Positions 23,675 to 35,781 of a DNA stretch of 64,000 nt are shown here, piece after piece. A program made the position numbers and the translations under genes. Each line of letters opens with the position of its first letter. The stretch's first letter is position 1. The notes beneath the pieces are model-generated. The model saw only the letters and a list, made by a program, of their open reading frames with translations. It had not been told where the DNA came from and did no database searches. Origin of the DNA: Tubiluchus corallicola (lineage: Eukaryota; Animalia; Priapulida). The stretch is taken from assembly GCA_030141605.1 (NCBI GenBank), contig JAQGDQ010000423.1, positions 84,177 through 148,176 on the forward strand. The letters are read 5' to 3'.

Positions 23675-23941
23675 GGAACTCGTTTGGTCTAGTGGTAATG
23701 CATCTGCTTTCCATCGGGGAGGTTGTGAGTTCGAACCAGCGGCCGGGTCATACCAAAGACTTTAAAAATGGTACCTGCTTTGCCCTGCCTGACGCGTGGT
23801 ATTTAGGGTAAAAGTGGGGTAATAATAGTCTCTGTTATGTAGTTGTAGGTTGTTATTTACAGTCGGCGATAATAGTTCTTTGAGCTAATGTTAATTGTTG
23901 ACCCAAAAGCCAACTTTAAATAAAGATTATTATTATTATTA
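23675..23941 (+). mobile_element. tRNA-derived SINE, copy 1
   Basis: A box tggtctagtgg, B box gagttcgaacc, conserved body and aataaa plus (att)n tail; near-identical copy at 39330-39594. Confidence 0.88.
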
Positions 23942-23959
23942 TAACTAGTCTTAACTTTC

Positions 23960-24483
23960 AACATATTTTGCTCAGTAAATTCAATTTAAATATTCACAAA
24001 GCTTTGAAAAAGGTTTTTTTGAAAAAAATTTTTCTTCCTTGTCTACCGTCATCTTTTAAGCTCATGAGGTAATACAGAACCAGTTTTTTGTGGCCAGCCT
24101 GACTGCCATGGTCGTTGAAATTAAATGAAAGCTTAAATTTTATACATAGCGGTGAGTTTAAGTGACTCTGGTTGTATGACTAAAGGGTGCCCAGTTATGA
24201 CTTTTGATACTTACTAATGGTTAGTGATGTTTGCCGTATCCCCTCATGTTGTTTTACCAGAAGTACAGTAATCACTTCAAGAGTATCACCTGAATAAGAG
24301 AAATAATTGTGAGTTTTGGTTACTGAACTGTATAGAACCACTCACCCATCCATTTGAAGCCCAAACGTAGCGTTGTTTAACTTTGCAGTAGAGGAAAAAA
24401 CATGACGCCTCATCTATGACCACTTCACCCTAAATCGTGGGACTAAGTTAAGGTCTTGATAAGGTTTAATATTTTAGGTTAAT
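23960..24483 (-). repeat. Inverted copy of the 17027-17500 repeat
   Basis: Reverse-complement match over about 470 bp. Confidence 0.85.
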
Positions 24484-24744
24484 GTGACTAATGGGTGCCC
24501 GTTAAGTTACAGAGATTCCTTTGTTCATAGAAGCTGTATAGAAAAGACATGTTTTCTTCCACGCAGGTGTAACACAGGTGGAGCAAACTAGTTAGATATA
24601 TTACAATACCTTTAACTGAAAATGTTGCTTAAAATCTTCAGCCTTTAAGCTGCTAGAAACAAAAACGCAATTGCAGCAATTTCTTGTAGCGTAATTTCAT
24701 AATTTTTATTTTTCGTAAGATGTCAGTGTTTATTGTTCGCACAG

Positions 24745-24939
24745 GTGGAACCGGAACTACAAAGATCCGAGAAGCTGCGGCAGATGATTAGAGATGGCGT
24801 CCCACATTCGCTGCGGAGTCAGATCTGGATGCGCATTTCTGGAGCATTGGTGAAGAAACGAAATGCTGAGATGTCTTATAAAGACATTGTGAAGTCCAGC
24901 TCCAATGATCACATCATGACGTCAAAACAAATTGAAAAA
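24745..24939 (+). CDS. SGSM3: SGSM3 exon 4 (TBC domain start)
   Basis: RSEKLRQMIRDGVPHSLRSQIWMRISGA...KQIEK; cag|GTG and AAA|gtaagt. Confidence 0.95.
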
Positions 24940-25572
24940 GTAAGTCAAATTTTGTATTTTATTTGGTAATCACAATTACAATTCACACAATACACACACC
25001 GATTATAAAGATACAATTTCACACATATACAGCGCTACAAAAAACCTATACTACGTTAACAAGAACACAATTACACAAGTCAAACTCAACAATTTAAACC
25101 AAAGACACAACATCAAACCTTGATGTATAAACCCAATGGTACAACATAAATATACATAAACACAAATTTAAGATAGTTGCTTACACGTATAATATTTAGT
25201 TTACATAAGTGATGTTATATATATATATACAGTTCATTTTTTTCAATTTGTAATAATTACTTATGGGAACTGAAACATTTAAAAGCAATTTGGAGAATTT
25301 CTGAATCGTTTGAGCCTAATAATATTTTTAGTTTGTCATCATATAATAAATAGATAAAGTTTGGATATATAGAGCTAATTTCCGTATTTAATTTTACACA
25401 TAATACTTTTCTATAATGCTCTGAAGTACTTGTTTTCTGATGCTGCGTGATGATCTATGCTCTGATATTTTAAGTCGTTTATCGGTGTTTTACGTTATCT
25501 TATCAGCGCTTAATTAGTCCCTTTCTGTACTGCAAACGTTTGAGTTTGAAACAGTCTGGTTTAGGTCTAGTT

Positions 25573-26153
25573 TCTGCTTATTAACTGTCATCCTTTTTTC
25601 AAGGATTTGCTACGAACCATGCCCGCAAATGCTTGTTTCTGGTTATTAACTGCCATGCTTTTTTCAAGGATTTGTTACGAACCATGCCCGCAAATGCTTG
25701 TTACTGATTATTAACTGTCATCCTTTTTTCAAGGATTTGTTACGAACCATGCCCGCAAATGCTTGTTACTGGTTATTAACTGCCATGCTTTTTTCAAGGA
25801 TTTGCTACGAACCATGTCCGCAAATGCTTTCTGGTTATTAACTGTCATCCTTTTTTCAAAGATTTGTTACAAACCATGCCCACAAATGCTTGTTACTGGT
25901 TATTAACTGCCATGCTTTTTTCAAGGATTTGCTACGAACCATGTCCGCAAATGCTTGTTTCTGGTTATTAACTGTCATCCTTTTTTCAAGGATTTGCTAC
26001 GAACCATGCCCACAAATGCTTGTTACTGCTTATTAACTGTCATGCTTTTTTCAAGGATTTGTTACGAACCATGCCCACAAATTCTTGTTACTGGTTATTA
26101 ACTGTCATCCTTTTTTCAAGGATTTGCTACGAACCATGCCCGCAAATGCTTGT
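25573..26153 (+). repeat. 65-bp tandem repeat, 9 copies, made of the SGSM3 intron 4 acceptor plus the first about 34 nt of exon 5
   Basis: ttattaactgtcatccttttttcaag|gatttgctacgaaccatgcccgcaaatgcttgtt; exon-like starts at 25604, 25669, 25734, 25799, 25861, 25926, 25991, 26056 and 26121. Confidence 0.95.
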
Positions 26154-26255
26154 TTTTCAACAATGAATTGTACTGGGATTCCTAGATTACGCCGGGTTCT
26201 ACGATGCATTGCTTGGTTATATCCGGATATTGGCTACTGTCAGGGCACAGGAATG
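26121..26255 (+). CDS. SGSM3: SGSM3 exon 5 (TBC catalytic motifs)
   Basis: DLLRT (completing IxxDxxR) and IGYCQG (YxQ); ATG|gtaagc donor. Confidence 0.95.
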
Positions 26256-27260
26256 GTAAGCAATACGATGAATATTAAATACCTTACTGCTTATTTATTT
26301 TTGGTCATTGCTGTTATTAACATTTTCTCTGCATTATTTTAGAAGAAAATTCAGCTTTTTGCAGAAAAAAGATTTTTTTATTTATAAATAACAGGCTTGT
26401 TGTTCTTTTTTTGCCATTTAGCGTTTCATAATGGGGAGACCGAGAGGCATATTTGTATTTCGTTCAAATTGTGTATCACATTAAGTATTTCCCTTGTATG
26501 GATCAGAATGTTTTGTAATATATCTCCAAGAATTCTAGTGCTAAGTTAATCTTACTTATGTCAACATAGCACAATATATTATCTTTCTTCCTACCGTTTC
26601 CACTAACACATCCTTCTACCCTTCCTGTGTGAGCTAACCTTTCTCCCAGTTCTTTTTATTTTGTTCACTCATCCATTCTTTTTTTATCTGGTTCACATGA
26701 CAGTGGGCTTATACAAGCCTTTGCTTCTCTAGCCCACTGCAGTACAATTATTCTTTTATGATAACGATAGTGTATGAAACATAACAATTTAATACAGTAG
26801 ATGTAATAATTTTGATGTCACTGTGTGCTTAATGTCATTATATTGTACTGAATGTGATAATAATTATAAATAATAATAAAAAATAATAATTACTTGGGAC
26901 ATTGGTATTTGTTCTGTTAGTACATTCACTATGTCACTTTTCATCATGATTTTATGATGGGTTCTTGAGGTGTTGCTACCCTTCTATTAGGTTTTTGTAC
27001 TTAGCGTATGAGTAGTAGTAGTAAACAAAAGTTTAGTATGACACTCTTGAACGTGAACTTTGATCAGCAGAGTCAGTAGGGCCCTGATAACATACACCAA
27101 TATGTTTTTGCATTACAGCTACATTACCATTGCAGCCTTACCATTGATTGGTCACTTATTTATAATATCCATTTGGTTTGATGTGCTTTGACTATCAATG
27201 ATTTTTTTTCATTGATTTATTGTCGCTTGTTTACAATTTCTTATTGACTTTTGTCTTCAG

Positions 27261-27377
27261 ATTGCTGCTTCTTTGTTGTTGTTTATGGAAGAGGATGATG
27301 CATTCTGGTTGATATGCACAATTGTGGAAGACCTCGTTCCAGCTTCATACTATTCCAGTACGTTAATCGGTGTCCAG
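27261..27377 (+). CDS. SGSM3: SGSM3 exon 6
   Basis: IAASLLLFMEEDDAFWLICTIVEDLVPASYYSSTLIGVQ; ttcag| and CAG|gtaaga. Confidence 0.95.
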
Positions 27378-28290
27378 GTAAGAATAACCAGTGGCTGTAT
27401 CTGTTGCGTGTGATGTCCTTCTTGGTTGCACGTGATGCAGTTACTAAATCGTGAGTTACTTAATCTAGGAAGAGCCTTGGAGAGCTGTTTGAGCAATGAA
27501 AACGTCAGCTCGTGTGTCACGTATGATGCTGTTTACAATAATAACGCCCTAGCAAAGGCCCCACAAAAAATTTTGCTTATTAATTCACTTATAATCAACA
27601 ATGCGCGAACATCCTACCTAGTGTTTTTTCATAACACAAAGCCAGCAGCTTTTACTGAATTAAAGCTATAAGGTTATAGACAGAGTATAATAGATGACGT
27701 CACAACAATGGCATTGTGTCAGCAGTTTGCCAAGCGAAAATTGCCGAAAATAGAACATCTAATTAACTCCTCGCTACTACTCTCAGTGGACGTGTTCTAA
27801 AATGCAGCCCACATCATCGTGTAGCCCTGTTCTTCCTCTTTCTAAAGAGCTATATATCTCCTTCCGAGAGTCCCACTAGGCGCCGCTAGAACGTTTTTGC
27901 CGCATGCTGTTTGGTCAAAATTTCGAAAAAATCGCGAGTAGGGTCCGTTACTGGAAAACGCCAGTTACGGGATGCCGTGGCCCTCTCGCGAATTCTAAAT
28001 ATGCCTATGACACACACTGCTGAACGGGCTATCTATCCATAGCCAGCACCACCCATGGCCCATTCCCGTTCTTCAGATCTCAGGCGTATAACTTTTGCAA
28101 AAAACGGCCACAGAATTTGCTTAAGTTTGACATGTCACTTCTACTGCTTGGTAATATATGCAAGACTTGCTCTGCACAAATTTTGGATTGTGATCTGTTT
28201 AAATTCTCACCTTTGACGGTAAATAACGGTTTTAGAGTATTTTTAATCATCTTGTCGTTAGAACTGACACGGGCATCTTTCTTTCATTAG

Positions 28291-28369
28291 GCCGATCAAC
28301 GAGTTTTGCGGCAACTCATCATCACGTATTTGCCTGATATTGACTTGGTATTGAAGGAACATGATATCG
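28291..28369 (+). CDS. SGSM3: SGSM3 exon 7
   Basis: ADQRVLRQLIITYLPDIDLVLKEHDI; phase 0-1. Confidence 0.93.
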
Positions 28370-28501
28370 GTACTGATGCTTAGAATATTTTAACATTTTG
28401 TTTGCTTTTAATCTGTTGTTGTTGAATGTTTGTTGTTTACTAACAAATGTTTTCTAATCTAAGTAGTTATCAATAACATGTACTAATCTTAATGTGACCA
28501 A

Positions 28502-28952
28502 ATGCTTCCCGTCCTGAGAATTATGCTTCCGTCCTGGGAATTATGCTTCCCGTTCTGGGAATTATGCTTCCCGACCTTGAAATTATGCTTCCCATCCTGG
28601 GAATTATGCTTCCCGTCCTGGGATTTATGCTTCCTGTCCTGGAAATTATGCTTTCCGTCCTGGGATTTATGCTTCCTGTCCTGGGAATTATGCTTCCCGT
28701 CCTGGGAATTATGCTTCCCGTCCTGGGAATTATGCTTCCCGTCCTGGGAATTATGCTTCCCATACTGGGAATTATGCTTCCCGTACTGGGAATTATGCTT
28801 TCCGTCCTGGGAATTATGCTTCCCGTCCTGGGAATTATGCTTCCCGTCCTGGGAACTATGCTTCCCGTACTGGGAATTATGCTTCCCGTACTGGGAATTA
28901 TGCTTCCCGTCCTGGGAATTATGCTTCCCGTACTGGGAATTATGCTTTCCGA
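28502..28952. repeat. 21-bp minisatellite, about 21 copies
   Basis: Unit ctgggaattatgcttcccgtc with internal dyad GGGAA-N6-TTCCC. Confidence 0.95.
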
Positions 28953-29132
28953 CTAACATTGATACTCTGCATGCTCAATAGATATAAGCTTGAAGTATAC
29001 TTGCAGTTTGTATCTTTGTATTTTCATTTGTTTAGTAAACTACTAATAAAATCTATACATTTTGTACTTATTTATACTTCATTTGAGTAGTTCATTATAT
29101 TGTAGATGAATTCAAATTTTTCATTTATCTAG

Positions 29133-29278
29133 AACTGTCATTAATCTCCCTACACTGGTTCTTGACGCTGTTTTCAAGCGTCGTGCACATGAAGATTTTG
29201 CTGAGGTTGTGGGATCTGCTTTTCTATGAAGGATCAGTAGTGTTATTTCAGATAACGTTGGGCATGCTTAAAGCAAAG
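29133..29278 (+). CDS. SGSM3: SGSM3 exon 8
   Basis: [14 protein letters not shown]...[25 protein letters not shown]; phase 1-0. Confidence 0.95.
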
Positions 29279-29289
29279 GTATATGTGTG

Positions 29290-29900
29290 TATTATTATTA
29301 TTATTATTAGTATGAGTTTATTTCGTATAAAAATATACAGTTTACAAAGATAAAGATGTTAGTAAAACAGGTAATGCGATATTAGTAAAGTAACATATCT
29401 ACAGACATTCAACTTTATAATAACCACACATTGTAGTTCCCTTGTAATTATATTACAGTATACAGTGTTGTAAGAAGCTATAATAGATATCTTAAAACAT
29501 AATCTTTAAATGAGTTCTTAACCTTTAATTTTACATTTTCGTTTAGATCTACAGTACAACCATATTTAAATCTTAAATTTACTTGACTGTTATTTACATA
29601 GTAGCATAGCTTTGGAATTCTCAATGTGCAAGAGTTTACAATTTTTCTCACAAAGTTTTTTTTTCGACTATCTATTAAATAATTCGCAGGCATTGTGCCA
29701 CAAAAATACATTAACAATTCTACGCTTTCATTTTGTCTAAAACCGAATATTTTTCTGTAAGCAGTGTTCCATTTTACCCTAATGGCATTAACTTCATTGT
29801 TTGGTATACCCCCAATTTCGCATCCGTATAACAAAATGGGTAGACAATATGTATTGATCAGAGTTTTGTGGTACAGTACGATATTTTTGTCAAGTTTCAC
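29290..29900 (-). mobile_element. 5'-truncated non-LTR retrotransposon (LINE ORF2 C-terminal region plus tail)
   Basis: ORF 29478-29900 contains TYCLPILLYGCEI...WNTAYRKIFG, typical of post-RT LINE sequence; (taa)n tail at about 29290-29308. Confidence 0.75.
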
Positions 29901-29989
29901 TTATGCTGTTCTGTACTGCAAACTAGCTGTTTATTTCTATGTATTAGTTCTTTATGTAGCGCATTAAACACAAGAAAACCCTTCATAAA

Positions 29990-30634
29990 CATAAAGCTTA
30001 AAAATTTATCTTGAAATTTTACATCACTTACATACTGCCTTTTTGCGTGCAGGACTTCAATCGGCAGTCACGCTGTATAAAACATGTAAATTTAAACTGC
30101 CGCGATAACCGTTAGACGCAGCCATTTTCACGACAGGTCATTTGAAACAAGTTTAGATAACATTTTGTAAAGTTTGAAAGAATAATCAGAGCATTCGTAG
30201 GGCACAAGTCACTAACTAAATAAAATTTAAAATTACTGTATCTTGTAAATAAGATTAAAAATACGTTTTTGGTTAGTGGGTGAGTCAGCGACATTTTACC
30301 AAATGATGAAACATTTTAAATAATCAAAAGTTTTATTTTCTAGTTACATAAGTCTTTCTAGCAGGTAAGCAAAATGCTAAGTAATATAGATTTGCACGGA
30401 AAGTTTTTGGGACATAATTTAACATTTTCTTTTCTCACCTTGATTTACGTTTCATAAGTGACGTCATGTAATGGTGCAGTTAGAACAGTATTGCGGGAGA
30501 TTTAAAATGAAGACAAACAAAAAATCCTTTCAACACGAGCAAGATATACACATAAAATTGCTGTGAACTAGTATAATTTTTTAAAGGCTATTTTTCTGAA
30601 ACCTACTTCAGGTACCCCTTTTCTTGCCCTTTTA
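29990..30634 (+). mobile_element. Non-autonomous DNA element, copy A (Kolobok-like cctttaa end); copies B at about 51613-52216 and C at about 57503-57953
   Basis: Three dispersed copies share acaagtttagataaca, ggagatttaaaatgaa and a terminus close to acttcagg...ccttttcttgtcctttaa. Confidence 0.7.
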
Positions 30635-31369
30635 GCAGTGTTTTTGCATTTATGCAAAAAGCCTCTCTATTGTATATTGATTTTTTTGTCCATAAAAATA
30701 CATAATTGGCTTTAATGACTGAAAATTCGTTAAGAAGCAATTGATTTTTAAAAGTTTAAACCTCTGAAATTATGCATAACCGAATCATTACAAGCGTGTC
30801 TGTTTTAATCTCAAAACGTGAAGCGTTAGAGAGTTGTTCACCTGAATTTCATGTCAGGGCGATCATTCGTTGCACATATACGAGCGAATGACCATTTGTG
30901 GACACTGGATGGTCAGTCAAACGCAGACCCTTGTTTTAAAACCTGAAAGCCATTCCAGCTGTAGATGTGCTATTAGGCAGTAAAATTTTTGGTAAAGATA
31001 AAAAGTAATTCTCCTTCAATATTTAAAATACTGCAGTGCTGATTTCAATGCCGTCTATAAGGTAATTCTAATTATCACATACTCATTGTATGAATCTAGA
31101 AAAATGCAATTTGCTTAAGATTCTTTGGATATAGTATCATTCTGGCTACGACTTGTGGCTTGTCTTGTGTTACTTTGTACAAGTACTACTGCTGGGTGAC
31201 TTGTGGTGGGGTAAATTTCATCAGTTTTGCTGTGGTAATTTAATTATTCTGTTCTGTGTGGAGGGTTCATCTTTTTTTGACAACTCGTATTGTCTAAAGC
31301 TGTAAATTAGGGAACTATGAGTTCATTATTTTTTTTAAATTTGCTGAATTACGCATTACATTTTCACAG

Positions 31370-31465
31370 GAGTCAATACTAGTGAACTTGGAGAATTCTG
31401 CACAGATTTTTAACTCTCTTTCTGACATTCCGGGTGATATTGAAGACATAGATCAACTCATCGAG
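31370..31465 (+). CDS. SGSM3: SGSM3 exon 9
   Basis: ESILVNLENSAQIFNSLSDIPGDIEDIDQLIE; 96 nt, phase 0-0. Confidence 0.93.
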
Positions 31466-33275
31466 GTTCGTACTCTCGTTCATACATGTGTGGTATTGTC
31501 GAAAGTTTTTCTAAATATTTCTGGTATGGTGGTGTTTTGTGATTTGATTACTTAAACACTTAGAAGCTATGTATTAAGGCCAGTGTGAACCTGACTTAAT
31601 AAATTTTAATTTTGTAGCCAAGGTGGCTCCATCTAGCTAGAAAGTTTAAAGTGTGGGCATTGACCTAGTTACGTTTTTCATTTATGCTGTTCTGTTGTAT
31701 GAGTGAACATGTGTCTTGTACAAGCTAGCGAAATTTTTCATTAGATATATGCCGCAACGATGTAAGTTTACTTCTATTAATTTTTATTTCGATTTATTCA
31801 CTGGTGTCTATGGACTAAACTATGTAACAATCATCTAAATTAGCCAATGTCAGTCACCTTTGCCTTTCTATTTTTTGTTTTAAATATTGCAGAAATAAAG
31901 ATCAGTGGTTTATATGAAAATTCAACTGAGACTTTTGAAGTTGTCATAAATGCCTCTCAGAGACACCAACACTATGCATTAAACAATATGCATTTTTATA
32001 ATGACCGTGCAATGATATTCATTTTTTCAGTGTTTGTACATTTTTTGGAAATGTACAAAACATGCAAACTTTGTGCGATTTTTGTAGGTCTTTTGAAGCC
32101 CCATTAATCCCTCAATAGTATTGTTTACAATAGTAATTGCTAGGTATATACAGTAGTCTAAATTATAGTCAAAAATTCCAATTAGCAGAAACTCCATGCT
32201 TAAATAAAATACATGGCACCCGGCTTGCAAGCTTTGAAGAGTCTAGACTCTAGATGCCTTCCTAGACACGTGTCTGCATTTATTTACTTAATACAGCATA
32301 TGCCATTCTCATAGCATTTGAAACAAAACAGTAGGATGGCATATGCCTTTTGAGATTACTTTTGAGTGTTAACAAAATGATAATTACTATTTTAGCCAAA
32401 TTTTCTCTTCTTCAAATATTGCCAAGGCATTAAATGACATTGTAATGAAAACTTTGCTATATTGTTCATATGGCTAATTAGTAAATATTTTGTTTGGATA
32501 TTTAGTATAATAATAATAATAATAATAATAATCTTTTTATTTATCTTGTAACACACGCACAGTTATAATACAATTAATTTGGAAACAAAATTGTGAAGAA
32601 AGGGCAGCGAAAGACCAATTGGTCATCTAGTCAGCTGCCCTTTGGTTAGTGATGAACATTTTTATAGGCGCTATGCTACAGTGTATTAGTGTTAGTACTG
32701 CTTATAATAAAAATTTAATTGTTACGAATGACGTTAAATTGATATGCTTATGACGTGTTAGTACAATTCATACACAGTAATAATAAGTGCATAATAAAAA
32801 AAATCAAACTGAAAATAACTGAAATAAAACTGAACTGAAATAAGAACTGAAATAAAAATCTGACAACAGAAACATATTAACAATGGCAACTGAAATTTAC
32901 TTTATAACACAAGCATAATTCTTAGACATAAGCAATCGAATGTATAATGGAGTCATAATATATCATAATAATGTAAAACATTACAGAGCGATTTTTGATG
33001 ATGTGAGGTAAAATAAATAGGCAGATAGTTTAGCTATGCTCCTGTCTTACGGTTTCTGCATTTCAAATTGTTTACATGCTCTGCCTTGCTAATCAGTTTC
33101 AACTTGGAGAAACTTGATCATCTCCAGAAGTATGACGATTCTAGAATTCCTTGTTCATGTTCATGAGATATATCATTGACTCAGAATCATGGGCTGCTAT
33201 TTTAGATGCAGGCGTCGCTTTGTTTTTCAAATTCGAATGGAACGTCGTTAAACAATTTCTGAACATTTTCTTCAG

Positions 33276-33407
33276 ATATCCACAAGAACTGCAGGTTCAC
33301 TGACAGACGTGATTATAGAAACTCATCGAAGGAAGCATCTGGCTTACCTCATGGCTGATCAGGGAGTTATAGTAAACCCGGAAGCATCCAGAAATCTACC
33401 GAAACAG
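33276..33407 (+). CDS. SGSM3: SGSM3 exon 10
   Basis: AGSLTDVIIETHRRKHLAYLMADQG matches the SGSM3 RRKHLAYL motif. Confidence 0.95.
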
Positions 33408-33809
33408 GTAGAAAAGATTATGAAAAATCATTTGTTTTAATATCTGTTGTGTTCACCTTGTCCTGTTAAACAATTATAAAAACTGATACATGAAATATAA
33501 TCTTTTTTTTCAAATAAAGTATGTTAGTTGACAATTTTGTTGATCCATTAAGAACACACAAGGTAAGGCTAAATTTTCATCTCTACTGATACAACGTAAC
33601 TCGGCATAGAATCGTTTAGCCTTTAAATTGTATTCCTCGTTATACCGGCAAAATGGTTAAGAATCCTTGTTTATTTAATGTTATTTGGAGATGTTTAGGC
33701 TGAAGTTACAATTCTAATCATATTCTTGTTATGTTGTTATTATTTATGAAAAAGAATTTTTTGGAATGGCAGCATCTCGTGCATCTTAACCCTCATCCCC
33801 CCCACAGCT

Positions 33810-34550
33810 TAAGGGACAGGGCAGTTTGATCATTTCCTTCAGTTATAATGGACTTAATTGTTTAGAAATTCCTTACACTTTGCTGCTAAGGTAGAGTGGA
33901 GTTTTTTCTGGGAGTTACAGTAGTTACAGTTTTGAAATTGTATCACAAGTCGTCATGTTTGAAAGCAATGCAGTCAGTAACTTACAACTAAATTTGACTC
34001 TACTAGCGCCTGCATTTACGAGATGCATTGCACAGAAAACAGGCACTGTACCACTGGGTTTAGATGTGTTCAGTTGTGATGTGGTGCACCCATTCGTCAT
34101 GTTTGAAAGCAATGCAGTCAGGAACTTACCACTACATCTGACTCTACCAGCGCCTGCATTTGGGAGATGCATTGCACAGAAAACAGGCACTGTACCACTG
34201 GGTTCAGATGTGTTCAGTTGTGATGTGGCGCACCCGTTCGAGAGCTCATGCATGAACGCAGTGTAAACTTGAAATATAAATTTTTAAACTTAAAATTTGC
34301 CAAGTTTTTGTCATGCTGAATGCTGTACTTAAATTTTCGCTTTCGTAAGCATCCGTGGAATGTAAATGCTGTTGAATTATTTTCAGCTATGATGTGATCA
34401 CTAACTGGGCGCACTCGACCATTAATTAAGTTTTTAATCTATTATTTCATTGTAAGCTACACTATGGCATTATTATATATGTTAAAATGTATACTTTTTG
34501 CCGTGCTTCAAAATAGCATAAGTTGTGAAAAATCATCCTGCTTTCCTTTA
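33810..34550. mobile_element. Possible TTAA-flanked non-autonomous element with an internal 144-bp tandem duplication (33951-34240)
   Basis: Imperfect inverted ends ttaagggacagggcag / ctgctttcctttaa, with a similar end at about 59750-59770. The duplication is seen directly. Confidence 0.5.
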
Positions 34551-34577
34551 AAAAATACTGTATTAGGATTTATGGTA

Positions 34578-35104
34578 CAGTGGACTCTCGTTATAAGAAT
34601 CACCTCGGGAGAAGGCAAAGTGATTCTTATAACGAGCGATTCTTATAACGAGCATGACATAGAATTGCTCTAAAAAATTTTTATGCGCATAAAAATTATT
34701 TATTTCCCGAAATTACGCTAGAAACGACATGAAACAGCATAATGTTTTTCTGGCCTAAAAAAGACCTAAAATTCCTAGACTAATGTTTTTATTTCATGGT
34801 TGGGTAAATATTTCATGACGTCAGAATTGCCTTAAAATTTTTTTAATGCACATAATTTTTGTCATAAAACAAACAAATTTGAAACCTCTGTGGTGTCCGC
34901 CACGCCCACTGCGCAGAACCATGTAAGCAGGGCATGAGAGACAATGGAGTTGGCGCCAAAACTGATTCTACTATCGAAAGAAGGGTGATTCTTATACGAG
35001 CGGATTTTCACTAGGAAAATGCAGATTGAATTCGGGACACGCAATTTTGATTCTTATATCGAGCTGATTCTTATACATGTGATTCTTGTAACGAGAGTCC
35101 ACTG
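34578..35104. mobile_element. Tc1/mariner (Tigger-like) MITE
   Basis: TIRs cagtggactctcgttataagaatcac / gtgattcttgtaacgagagtccactg with TA flanks. Confidence 0.9.
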
Positions 35105-35145
35105 TACTTCCTCTTTGAGCTGCTTTTAACTGTAACCAAATTCTT

Positions 35146-35695
35146 GTTGTTGTTGGCATCCTTCTGTCTCGGAAGACAATGGAATGTGCGCCAAGAGAGT
35201 CAGTTATTGATCACATTGATGGAGCTGCAGCGTCGACTGTGGCTGAGCAGTCCGATCCTTGAACGTCTCCAGGGCGCACGCCTGGGCAAGGTGTATGGAG
35301 ATCCTGAGTTGCCCAGACAACAGGAACCCCCTCTCTTCCTCCCTGGTGTAGTCCAAAGGAAAGCGGAGCGATACATTTGGCACCAAGTTGGCTGCAGGAG
35401 CTGCCGGAGTCAGTGAGCATGCTGCACTGGTCCGCCTTCGGGGCTCCACTCCTGATTTTGAAGATTTACTCCTCTACACATAGCCATTGGGTCACTTGAC
35501 CTCCTCCGACCTCTAGCCGTTGGCTGCTTTGTGCAGCTCCTCCGCCTAGTGTCGAGATACAGTGTGGGCATCACGCAAGCCTACAGCACCTGGTATTCCT
35601 AGGCGGTCACCCATCCAAGCACTAACCAGGCTCTACGTTGCTTAACTTTGGTGATCAGACGAGAACCGATGTTTTCAACGTGATATGGCCGTAGC
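35146..35695 (-). mobile_element. Full-length 5S rRNA-derived SINE (SINE3 type)
   Basis: 119-nt 5S head, about 430-nt GC-rich body, (CAA)n tail, and flanking direct repeat accaaatt(c/a)tt at 35135 and 35696. Confidence 0.85.
35577..35695 (-). rRNA. 5S rRNA sequence serving as SINE head (probably not a functional rDNA copy)
   Basis: The reverse complement GCTACGGCCATATCACGTTGAAAACATCGGTTCTCGTCTGATCACCAAAGTTAAGC...TGGATGGGTGACCGCC...GTGCTGTAGGCTT has 5S A and C boxes; no oligo-T terminator follows. Confidence 0.8.
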
Positions 35696-35781
35696 ACCAA
35701 ATTATTAGGATTCGTATAAATTATATGATCTATTTATAAACTATGTTGTATTATTATACATGAATGTTTTTATTTGCAAAG

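Noticed and set aside
25573-26153. CRISPR-like regularly spaced repeats (also the 37-, 58- and 131-bp arrays)
   Set aside because: Units are contiguous with no unique spacers, there are no cas genes, and the context is a spliced eukaryotic locus.
28489-28981. Four long repetitive ORFs (GKHNSQD, WELCFPS, GIMLPVL repeats)
   Set aside because: By-products of a stop-free 21-bp minisatellite inside SGSM3 intron 7; exons 7 and 8 join in frame without them.
35577-35695. Functional 5S rRNA gene
   Set aside because: It lacks an oligo-T terminator, carries several transition changes from the typical invertebrate 5S, is solitary, and sits within a TSD-flanked element.
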